Source of the DNA: Pelosinus sp. IPA-1
GTDB taxonomy: Bacteria; Bacillota; Negativicutes; DSM-13327
DNA length: 32,000 nucleotides
Direction: 5' to 3'
Assembly: GCF_030269905.1 (NCBI RefSeq)
Contig: NZ_BSVC01000003.1
Span: forward strand, 397,356 to 429,355
Below the pieces are notes generated by a model. That model worked only from the letters and a program-made list of their open reading frames with translations. It was not told where the DNA came from and searched no databases. Positions 1 to 7,669 of the stretch are shown in pieces. The position numbers were made by a program, and so were the translations under genes. Each line of letters starts with the position of its first letter. Within the stretch, counting starts at the first letter, position 1.

Positions 1-1107
1 GCGCTGGCAGGATATGGGGATATCTTTTTTAATAACACCATGGCCTCAGGTGTTATTCCACAGATCTCTGTTATTATGGGACCTTGTGCGGGCGGTGCCG
101 TTTATTCTCCAGCATTAACTGATTTTATTTATATGGTAGATAAAACGAGTCAAATGTTTATTACAGGACCACAAGTTATTAAAACTGTGACAGGTGAAGA
201 GGTGTCGGCTGAAACCTTAGGAGGAGCCATGACTCATAATGAGATATCAGGGGTTGCTCATTTTGTAACAGCCAATGATGAAGAGTGTCTGGAACAGATT
301 CGTTATTTATTAAGCTTTTTACCAAGCAATAATTTGGAAGCTCCGCCTAGATATGAGACTGAGGATAAAGCAAATCGCATGGAAGAAGCCTTAAATTCGT
401 CTATTGCAGATGATCCTAGTATCCCTTATGATATGAAAAACATTATAAAAATGATTGTGGATAATGGGGAATTTTACGAAGCTCAACCTTTTTTTGCCCA
501 GAATATCATCACTTGCTTTGCTCGTCTAGATGGCAAAAGTGTAGGGATTATTGCGAGCCAGCCTAAGGTAATGGCTGGATGTATGGATATTAACACATCG
601 GATAAATGCGCTCGATTTATCCGTTTCTGCGATGCTTTTAATATTCCCCTAGTTAATTTAGTAGATGTTCCTGGTTTCTTGCCAGGTACTAGCCAAGAAT
701 ATGGTGGTATTATTCGCCATGGCGCCAAAGTATTGTATGCTTATTCAGAAGCTACAGTACCAAAAGTCACTGTAATCACTCGTAAATCTTATGGTGGGGC
801 ATATATTGGTATGTGCTCAAGGCACTTAGGTGCTGATATGGTTTTTGCATGGCCAACAGCAGAAATTGCTGTTATGGGACCCGCAGGAGCAGCGAATATT
901 ATTTTTCGCGGTGATGCAGAAGTAGTGGAAAAAACTCAGAAATATGTAGAAGAGTTCGCTACTCCTTATAAGGCGGCAGAACGAGGTTTTGTAGATATGA
1001 TTATTGAACCTAAAGAAACGAGAGCACGTATTATTGAGGCCCTTAAAATGCTCGAAACAAAAACTGAAACCAGACCGGCCAAAAAACATGGTAATATGCC
1101 TTTATAA
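1..1107 (+). CDS. Acyl-CoA carboxylase carboxyltransferase subunit (propionyl-CoA carboxylase beta / methylmalonyl-CoA decarboxylase alpha family), 5'-truncated by the window edge
   Basis: Frame 1 is open from nt 1: ALAGYGDIFFNNT precedes the first Met at 40. The translation carries typical family blocks (SGVIPQISVIMGPCAGGAVYSPALTDF, MFITGPQVIK, LGGA..H, FIRFCDAFNIPLVNLVDVPGFLPG, GIIRHGAKVLYAY, KSYGGAY, AWP.AEIAVMGP.GA). Stop at 1105-1107. Confidence 0.9.
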   Translation, partial: ALAGYGDIFFNNTMASGVIPQISVIMGPCAGGAVYSPALTDFIYMVDKTSQMFITGPQVIKTVTGEEVSAETLGGAMTHNEISGVAHFVTANDEECLEQIRYLLSFLPSNNLEAPPRYETEDKANRMEEALNSSIADDPSIPYDMKNIIKMIVDNGEFYEAQPFFAQNIITCFARLDGKSVGIIASQPKVMAGCMDINTSDKCARFIRFCDAFNIPLVNLVDVPGFLPGTSQEYGGIIRHGAKVLYAYSEATVPKVTVITRKSYGGAYIGMCSRHLGADMVFAWPTAEIAVMGPAGAANIIFRGDAEVVEKTQKYVEEFATPYKAAERGFVDMIIEPKETRARIIEALKMLETKTETRPAKKHGNMPL

Positions 1108-1614
1108 GAGAGACAAGAAAAAATAAAGGATTTGGTAGTGAAGTGGGAGAGGATAGTCGTTAACGATAAATAATAATTCACCATTAATTTATCGTCATCT
1201 GCAAACTAAATCTGAGTAGGAATATATTGTATTTCTGTGTTAGCAAAGACGGATTGGGACAGACAAGTTAATATATGGCCTAGAAGATAATATTAGCTAT
1301 AAGATCAGCGTTTTCTGCCGAATAAAAAGAGATGATCAAACCAATATATACGACAAACTTCTGCAAAGCAGCCCAGCCTTGCAGGAGTTTTGTATTTTAA
1401 TGGTAAATAGAATAGAAATATGGTATTGTTTTTCAAAGAAAAACTTCTAATTTATGTATTGCGTACATGAGATAAGGAGATAGGAGTGACTCAAAAGAAC
1501 TGTTCCTTTGAGTTTTATATTCAACATGAATTTAAATAAGGAATAATATCCATAAGGCAATATCAGGGATGGCTTAGAGGGGATGTTTAGTTATATTTAA
1601 CGGTTTCAAGTGAG

Positions 1615-2178
1615 GTGGCAGTAATTATTTCTGATGAAGAACTTGCAAGGCAATTGCAGCAGGGAAACGAGGCCGCTTTGGAGACTATTGTTTCTCGCTA
1701 CCATTCTAAGCTATTTTCATATATCTATCGAATGAGTAAAAATTATCATAGTGCTAACGATATTACTCAAGAGGTATTTATCAAAATATGCCGGAATATA
1801 AAACAGTACAATCCAGAGTTTCTTTTCAAAACGTGGATTTATACAATTGCGTCAAACACATGTAAGGACTATTTGAAAAGCGCATATGTGCAAAAAACGA
1901 TTCCTGGTTTTGAGATGTGTGATAATATTAGGGATTATGAGGATACGCCGGAAGAATTTTTACAGAAACAGGATGAACGGGAAGCGATTATGGAAGTTCT
2001 CAATCAATTGGGAGACATTCACCGTGAAGTAGTTGTCCTTCGTTTTTATGAAGAATTAAAGATGGAAGAAATAGCTTTAGTATTGAATATTCCTGTAGGC
2101 ACAGTTAAATCAAGATTATCTAATGGCTTACATAATCTTAAAAAACTGCTTAAAGAGGGGGGCGAGGAACTTGGATAA
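1615..2178 (+). CDS. ECF-type RNA polymerase sigma-70 family factor
   Basis: 187 aa with a GTG start. The region 2 block is DITQEVFIKI...YNPEFLFKTWIYTIASNTCKDYL. The region 4 HTH is REVVVLRFYEELKMEEIALVLNIPVGTVKSRLSNGLHNLKKLL. The size is typical of group IV sigma factors. Confidence 0.85.
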   Translation: MAVIISDEELARQLQQGNEAALETIVSRYHSKLFSYIYRMSKNYHSANDITQEVFIKICRNIKQYNPEFLFKTWIYTIASNTCKDYLKSAYVQKTIPGFEMCDNIRDYEDTPEEFLQKQDEREAIMEVLNQLGDIHREVVVLRFYEELKMEEIALVLNIPVGTVKSRLSNGLHNLKKLLKEGGEELG

Positions 2179-3052
2179 ATATCAAGAAATTCTTAACGAA
2201 ATTGATAAGGATGGGAATGATGAAGAAATGGTTGTTGTTTTAAATAAACTATCCGAATATACCGTTCCTGAGCCTACTGCTGCGATGACCAGCAGCTTGC
2301 TCTATAACCTCAAAGCAGTTTTGCAGGAAAATGATAGTAGTGATGATGTTCCAATTCTTAAACCTGTTAATAGAGTAGCGGTAGAACGACCTGCTAGTGA
2401 TGGCAGTCTACTTTCTGTCCTACGTCTGGTGAAACCCCAGTTAGATATTCTGAGTTGGCGGTTTATGGCGATGACTAGTTTGATCATATTTGCAGGCATT
2501 TTTTTAACAAATGGTGATAAAAATTCGTTGATTTTTTTAACAAATGGAGCGCCGATTTTAGGCTTGTTGACACTTTTTTATGAACATAGGGCAGAGTTTC
2601 ATGGCACAAATGAACTGGAAGCGTCTTGTCCTTATACACCAGCCCAATTGGCTAGTGCAAGAATTATTGTAACCTTGGGATATACCATCATTGTTTGTAT
2701 GATTGCTACGGGTATGATTTCCGTTTCTGATATGCTGACAAATGAAAAAATACTATTATGGCAGACTATCCTTGCATGGTTAGCACCCATGGTGTTTTTC
2801 TTAGGTGTTGCGTTGGCTGTTTCTTTGCGTTTGGGTGTTATGTATGGTTGTGGTTTGGCATTTGTCATATGGGTAACGCAAATTATTTTAGCACAAAGTG
2901 ATGTTGGAAAAGGTTTGATACAAATCAGTCTAGTTGGAAACGGTTTGATACAGCGGATGCCAATGATATTTTTAGTGATAGGTCTCCTGCTTATTGCAAT
3001 GCATATACGTTATTTGCGTATTGAAAATATGGATTATTCCCAAGAGGGATAA
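2123..3052 (+). CDS. Putative anti-sigma factor, polytopic membrane protein (about 6 TM segments)
   Basis: The ORF overlaps the end of the sigma gene. A more likely start is TTG 2171, which overlaps the sigma stop by 8 nt (translational coupling). It has a short acidic cytoplasmic N-terminus followed by about six hydrophobic helices. No HxxxCxxC zinc anti-sigma motif is present. The function is inferred from position only. Confidence 0.55.
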   Translation: MAYIILKNCLKRGARNLDKYQEILNEIDKDGNDEEMVVVLNKLSEYTVPEPTAAMTSSLLYNLKAVLQENDSSDDVPILKPVNRVAVERPASDGSLLSVLRLVKPQLDILSWRFMAMTSLIIFAGIFLTNGDKNSLIFLTNGAPILGLLTLFYEHRAEFHGTNELEASCPYTPAQLASARIIVTLGYTIIVCMIATGMISVSDMLTNEKILLWQTILAWLAPMVFFLGVALAVSLRLGVMYGCGLAFVIWVTQIILAQSDVGKGLIQISLVGNGLIQRMPMIFLVIGLLLIAMHIRYLRIENMDYSQEG

Positions 3053-3067
3053 AAGAGAGAGAGGAAT

Positions 3068-3940
3068 ATGTTAGAATTATCGTCCATTGCAAAGTGTTTT
3101 AAAAAGAATTGTGTGATAAATGATATTTCCCTTTCTTTACCTAAGGGACTGCATCTGTTGACTGGACCTAATGGGGCGGGTAAAACAACTTTATTGCGCA
3201 TCCTTGCGGGAATAATTGCGCCAACAACTGGTCAAGTATCCCTTAATGGAATTTTTCTCACTAATGCTAGTGTCAGGTTTAAAGCCCATATGGGATACTT
3301 GCCTCAGAAATTTGGGGTTTATCCTGAAATGACCGCACAAAAATTTTTAAGGTATTTTGCAGAATTAAAGGGGATTCCCGCTTCTATTGCTACACAAAAG
3401 GTTGAAGAGGTAATGGACATTGCAAAAATTACTTCTTTTCATAACAAAGCCTTGGGTGACTGGACAAAAGGGATGCGTCAGAAGATTGGGATCGCTCAGG
3501 CATTATTAAATGATCCGGATCTTCTCTTGATGGATGAGCCATTATCAGGTCTTGATCCGGAAGAACGGCATTATTTTTGTAAATTATTTTCGCAATTATC
3601 CTCTAAACGTATTGTCCTATTAAGCACCCATATCATTTCAGAATTAACTGCTTTGGCAGATAGTATCATGCTGTTACATAAGGCAAAACTACGATTTAAA
3701 GGTCCAATCCCTGTAATGATGGACACTGCCAGGGGTTTTGTCTGGCGAGCTATTCTGTCTGAGGGCGAGTGGAATGATAAAAAAAACCAATTTATAATCA
3801 GTAATTTACGGGCTGAGAACGGTTTGTATGAAGTAAGGATCATTAGCGATGTTAGGCCGGAGATTACGGGAGTGTGTTCTGTGGAGCCCACCTTGGAGGA
3901 TGCGTATATCTATCTAGTATCCCAGGGTGATTCAGAATGA
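3068..3940 (+). CDS. ABC transporter ATP-binding protein (ABC-2 subfamily-like)
   Basis: Walker A GPNGAGKTT, Q-loop LPQ, signature-like TKGMRQKIGIAQAL, Walker B LLLMDEPLSGLD, H-loop STHI, and a C-terminal accessory extension. The RBS gagagagg lies upstream of ATG 3068. Confidence 0.9.
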   Translation: MLELSSIAKCFKKNCVINDISLSLPKGLHLLTGPNGAGKTTLLRILAGIIAPTTGQVSLNGIFLTNASVRFKAHMGYLPQKFGVYPEMTAQKFLRYFAELKGIPASIATQKVEEVMDIAKITSFHNKALGDWTKGMRQKIGIAQALLNDPDLLLMDEPLSGLDPEERHYFCKLFSQLSSKRIVLLSTHIISELTALADSIMLLHKAKLRFKGPIPVMMDTARGFVWRAILSEGEWNDKKNQFIISNLRAENGLYEVRIISDVRPEITGVCSVEPTLEDAYIYLVSQGDSE

Positions 3941-4706
3941 GAAAGAAATGGTATTTATGATGATAGAGATTAATAATCTTAGTAAAAGATATAACAACAA
4001 TTGTATGGCACTGGACGATATTACTTGCAGTATAGGCACAGGTGTATTCGGTCTCTTAGGGGAAAATGGTGCGGGGAAAAGTACCTTGTTAAAGATTCTG
4101 GCGACGATGATTGAGCCTACGGGTGGTAAGGTAACTGTTAATGGTTTAGATCTATGTTCAGAGAAAGCCGTAATTCGTAATCAATTGGGGTATTTACCCC
4201 AAGAATTTGGTTTTTACTCTAGGTTGACCGGTTTTGAGATGCTCGAGTATTTTGCAGTATTAAAAGGGATAACAAATAAACAAGCAAGAAAAACACAGGT
4301 GAATGAGGTTATTGAGCTAGTTAATCTTGCAGAGGTTAGGAATAAAAGGATTTCCACATATTCCTTTGGCATGAAACAGAGGCTGGGATTTGCGCAAGCT
4401 TTATTGGGCAAACCTCAGCTTTTGATCATGGATGAACCTACAGCAGGACTTGACCCTGTCGAGCGCAACAAGATCCGCAATATAATCAGTGAACTGGGAC
4501 GTAAGATAACCATTGTTTATTCTACCCATATCCTTGCTGACATTGAAGCTTGTTGTTCGGAGCTTGCTGTATTACGTCAAGGAAGTTTGGTGTTCCAAGG
4601 AAAGCCGGATGAACTTGTTAAGTTGGCCACAGGAATGAGTTGGCAGATAAAAGATACTGCCAGTGCAAAAGACGGTTATATGGCATTGATGGAATCGGCG
4701 AGGTAA
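3927..4706 (+). CDS. ABC transporter ATP-binding protein (second ATPase of the module)
   Basis: Walker A GENGAGKST, Q-loop LPQ, signature-like SFGMKQRLGFAQAL, Walker B LLIMDEPTAGLD, H-loop STHI. The start is uncertain: ATG 3927 overlaps the upstream gene, and ATGs at 3948, 3957 and 3960 give the typical MIEINNLSKRY N-terminus. Confidence 0.9.
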   Translation: MIQNEKEMVFMMIEINNLSKRYNNNCMALDDITCSIGTGVFGLLGENGAGKSTLLKILATMIEPTGGKVTVNGLDLCSEKAVIRNQLGYLPQEFGFYSRLTGFEMLEYFAVLKGITNKQARKTQVNEVIELVNLAEVRNKRISTYSFGMKQRLGFAQALLGKPQLLIMDEPTAGLDPVERNKIRNIISELGRKITIVYSTHILADIEACCSELAVLRQGSLVFQGKPDELVKLATGMSWQIKDTASAKDGYMALMESAR

Positions 4707-4713
4707 GAGGAAT

Positions 4714-7068
4714 ATGAATAATATAATGGCGATTGCCTTGCAAGAAATGAGATTAGGCATAAAGGGTGTTGGCTATTGGGTACTTGTAGTTTTAGTCAAT
4801 TGTCTTTTACTTTATTCTTTATATGAGGATCAATCGTTTGCGCTTAGAGCCACAGTATTTTTCTATATGTTTTTTGTCTTTTGGAATATCGGTATGATTG
4901 CCAGGGATTGGCGCAGTGGCGCGGCAGAGATTGTTAATACACTTCCTTGTAAGGATTGGGAGTTGCTGCTAGGGAGAGCAGTGGGCAGTTTTTTGCTTTT
5001 AGGTCTGCTGGGTATGCAGATGTTTTTAGTCGTAACGACTATGGTACTGTTCGTTTTTCCTACGCCGATGCCCTTTTTTGACCTGCTATGGAACTATTGG
5101 TTGAACTATTTTTTGATCAGTATCAATTCAATATGCATCACTTTGTTTATAGAGACTATCTGTCGTTCGAGTATTTTTTTAGCCACCTTGATAACCGCTT
5201 TTTATCTAATATTGATTAACATTCTTGATGGTGATCATAATACCTTATTGCCATATTGGTTACCACCGATAAATTTGGCTGATAATCTGGCAGCTACAGA
5301 ATTTCCTTCACAGCTTACAGAGCGCTTTCCTAAGAATGGATTTATACCAATGATGTTGTGTCAGCAACTGGGGCTTTCCTCAATGTTGTTTTTAGTCAGT
5401 TATTATTTTTACAGTAAGCGGCGTTCTTTGAGGAAATTGCGATTATCATACATACTGCTAGTAACAACTGCCTTTGCTGTATTTTTATCTGGCTCTATTC
5501 TATTCGTCCTGGAGTATAAAGGGCGCGATCAAAGTTATCAAGAGTCTTTTAACAATGCGGTGGCTGATGCCGAACAAGCAGCAGATAGGTCAAATATGCT
5601 ACAACCTGTTAGCTATGTAATGGATATTAAATTAAAAACAGTCTTGAACACTGTGGATTGTGATGTAAAGCTGGTTTTTAGAAATACAAGTAACAGCCAA
5701 ATACAAGAGATACCTTTGACCTTAAAAAATTATTATACTGTTCAGCATGTAACAGATGGTAGTGGCAAAGAACTTGTTTGGGAAAGAAAAGGTGACTTTA
5801 TTGCGGTGAAACTAAGTGCGCCCCTTGCTACCAGCGACACTATGGAAATTGATCTGGATTATTCGGGCAAAGTATGGGAGTGGTTTACGGACTATGATGC
5901 CGAGCCGCGGGGATTCATTAATTTTGTTTCACCGGCGATGACCTTGTTACGGTCTGGTCATGCATGGTATCCTGTTTTAGGTAAAAACCCGGTATACAAC
6001 ATTGTTGACTATCAGAGCAAATGGAGTAATGAGGCCACCCAGATATTGTCGGCGCGCAATGTCTCCCACCTGCCTGCTGCCTTTTCGATAACTGTTGAAA
6101 TAGATCGGGACATGGAAGTTGTTACAGGATTACCCCTAAGAGAAGGTACATATCTTACAGAGGGAACTGGTAGGAAGTTTGCTTTTTTCAGTTCGTCTGC
6201 CCAGGACGTTTTCTTGATAGCTGCTCCTTATGTAAAAATAGCTGCCCAGAGTGGAGATATGACAACTTATTGTGCAAAACTGCATGAAGAGAACGCAAAT
6301 ACGATCATTACACTAGTCAACGATAGGACAACATTTTATGAAAAACTGATACCACGGGCTAACAAGCAATATTTGAATGTAGTTGAGGTGCCTCAATTCT
6401 TACTGAATAGCTGGATGGGTGAAACTGCTGAACGCAAAAGACTAGGCTTGAAAAATGCTATTTTGATCTCGGAATATTTTTTTAAATCATTGCCAAACGA
6501 AGATACGAGTGAAAAGAAATTACAAATGCTATATTTTGAAGAAGCTATTTTAAGTCTTTGGTGGCCAGCATTTGATACAAGCGACCCAGGCAATATAAGT
6601 GCCGGGATGCTTTCCTATATGCATACCTTATATAAAGAGAATATACTAGGCAAAGAGTATTATGAGGGTGTGAAACAATTTTGGTTGCAGTATAAGCCAG
6701 TGCCTAACTTGGTGTCCGGCGCGGGCGCGGATAGGGATAGAAGCCATGCCGGGGGTGACAACCTGGTTGTAAAAGAGGTTTTTTTAATCCTTGATGATAT
6801 TAGGCAATCAGAGATCGGTGATGAAGGTGTAAAATCCTTTATGCAAAAGGTCCATGCAGAATCTGTTAGCACATACGACAGAGAGCTTGAGTGGCTTGAT
6901 ATGCTTCACATTATGGATGATTTTGGACAAGAACTTTTACAAAAAGGCTATTCCACTCAGCAAGTCAATAGGATTATGACAGAGCCAAGGCAAAAGGCGG
7001 AAACTATGAAGTTCCTAAAATTATCTTCTGTGGAAGAAGCAAGGTCATTTAAGCTTAGGGTTCGTTGA
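4714..7068 (+). CDS. ABC-2-type permease (about 7 TM) fused to a large extracytoplasmic M1-aminopeptidase-like domain lacking the HExxH histidines
   Basis: The N-terminal 270 aa contain about 7 hydrophobic helices, with the basic loop KRRSLRKLR before the last one. This places the C-terminal 510 aa outside the membrane. That C-terminal region starts with a pattern typical of the M1 N-terminal beta domain (VSYVMDIKLKT...VKLVFRN...LTLKNYYTVQHV...IAVKL..PL...MEIDLDYSGKV). At the expected zinc-motif position it reads YFEEAILSLWW instead of HExxHxW. Confidence 0.75.
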   Translation: MNNIMAIALQEMRLGIKGVGYWVLVVLVNCLLLYSLYEDQSFALRATVFFYMFFVFWNIGMIARDWRSGAAEIVNTLPCKDWELLLGRAVGSFLLLGLLGMQMFLVVTTMVLFVFPTPMPFFDLLWNYWLNYFLISINSICITLFIETICRSSIFLATLITAFYLILINILDGDHNTLLPYWLPPINLADNLAATEFPSQLTERFPKNGFIPMMLCQQLGLSSMLFLVSYYFYSKRRSLRKLRLSYILLVTTAFAVFLSGSILFVLEYKGRDQSYQESFNNAVADAEQAADRSNMLQPVSYVMDIKLKTVLNTVDCDVKLVFRNTSNSQIQEIPLTLKNYYTVQHVTDGSGKELVWERKGDFIAVKLSAPLATSDTMEIDLDYSGKVWEWFTDYDAEPRGFINFVSPAMTLLRSGHAWYPVLGKNPVYNIVDYQSKWSNEATQILSARNVSHLPAAFSITVEIDRDMEVVTGLPLREGTYLTEGTGRKFAFFSSSAQDVFLIAAPYVKIAAQSGDMTTYCAKLHEENANTIITLVNDRTTFYEKLIPRANKQYLNVVEVPQFLLNSWMGETAERKRLGLKNAILISEYFFKSLPNEDTSEKKLQMLYFEEAILSLWWPAFDTSDPGNISAGMLSYMHTLYKENILGKEYYEGVKQFWLQYKPVPNLVSGAGADRDRSHAGGDNLVVKEVFLILDDIRQSEIGDEGVKSFMQKVHAESVSTYDRELEWLDMLHIMDDFGQELLQKGYSTQQVNRIMTEPRQKAETMKFLKLSSVEEARSFKLRVR

Positions 7069-7110
7069 TGAAAGTGTTGATTGAGATAAATAATAAATAG
7101 ATGTATATAA

Positions 7111-7143
7111 AAAAACAAGGCACTTTTTGTGCCTTGTTTTTTT
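7111..7143 (+). terminator. Rho-independent terminator after the permease gene
   Basis: Stem acaaggcac (7115-7123) pairs with gtgccttgt (7129-7137) across a 5-nt loop. It is flanked by an A-run and followed by a T-run to 7143. Confidence 0.75.
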
Positions 7144-7217
7144 ATATAAACGTTACTTTGAACCAAAGATAATTTACTCTCGTACTTATTATGGGAAAGC
7201 AAAAATTGGGGGAGTAG

Positions 7218-7536
7218 GTGATTTTTTTGAAGCGTTTATGGCTAATAATTACTGTTCTCCTTTTAGCTTTAGGAAATAGCAGTATTGGAATTACACAGTG
7301 GGCTGGAGTAGAATTGCTTGCTGTGACTGGATCTTATGCAGTAGGCACAGTGGTTCTACCTATGGTTGATTCGGGGCTACCTAGCGTGTATGCCGATGGA
7401 AGTTTTTCTAAGCACTGGGCATTTATGACCCAGATATGGTATCCAGCAAACAGAGGTGTAGTGAGTCCAAGAGTACATATATGGATGAAGCTACTGCATT
7501 CCAGGAGTGGATAAAAACATCCGGATTCAGATTAAG
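7218..7536 (+). pseudogene. Truncated, frameshifted N-terminal fragment of a PAF-acetylhydrolase-like hydrolase (copy A)
   Basis: It aligns by eye to nt 7670-8014 of the intact copy B, including the 5' leader. A 1-nt deletion near 7466-7470 shifts the frame (copy B KSTYMDEATA becomes PRVHIWMKLL). A further 25-nt deletion follows. Homology ends abruptly at 7536. Confidence 0.8.
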
Positions 7537-7579
7537 CAAAGAGTATTATGAGGGTGTGAAACAATTTTGGTTGCAGTAT
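7536..7579 (+). repeat. 44-nt exact copy of an internal segment of the permease gene (6650-6693), marking a tandem-duplication junction
   Basis: gcaaagagtattatgagggtgtgaaacaattttggttgcagtat occurs identically at 6650-6693 and 7536-7579. The following 7580-7669 resembles 7129-7217, which is the right half of the terminator plus the hydrolase leader. Confidence 0.9.
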
Positions 7580-7669
7580 GTCTTGTTTGTTTATAAAAAA
7601 ATAGGTTAATTGAACCAAAGCAAATTTATTCTCGTAATTATTATGGGAGAGCAAAAGTTTAGGAAGTAG

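Noticed and set aside
483-1184. Antisense ORFs 483-728, 826-1089 and 966-1184 inside or overlapping the carboxyltransferase gene. The same applies to similar antisense ORFs elsewhere: 2302-2499, 2632-2868, 3571-3891, 4214-4411, 4572-4760, 6393-6593, 6660-6872, 7786-7998, 12896-13141, 13482-13751, 16179-16367, 20720-20968, 21591-21896, 26332-26838, 27449-27664, 28968-29531, 31642-31923.
   Set aside because: All lie opposite strongly supported, motif-bearing genes. Their translations are low-complexity or Cys/Ser/Phe/Ile-rich, and they lack convincing ribosome-binding sites. These are typical shadow ORFs.
3068-4706. Non-canonical ABC signature motifs (TKGMRQK and SFGMKQR instead of LSGGQ) as evidence for degenerate ATP sites.
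   Set aside because: x-S/T-x-G-M-[KR]-Q-[KR] variants are common in ABC-2/NatA/EcsA-type ATPases. Walker B Glu and the H-loop His are intact in both proteins, so there is no clear evidence of an inactive site.
6957-7202. The minus-strand 81-aa ORF spanning the permease 3' end and the terminator.
   Set aside because: It overlaps the permease coding end and runs through a strong terminator hairpin. It has no RBS and no recognisable motif.
7218-7514. The 98-aa ORF as a genuine small gene.
   Set aside because: Its first about 80 residues duplicate the N-terminus of the hydrolase at 7670. The tail is out-of-frame hydrolase sequence after a 1-nt deletion. I annotated it as a pseudogene fragment instead.
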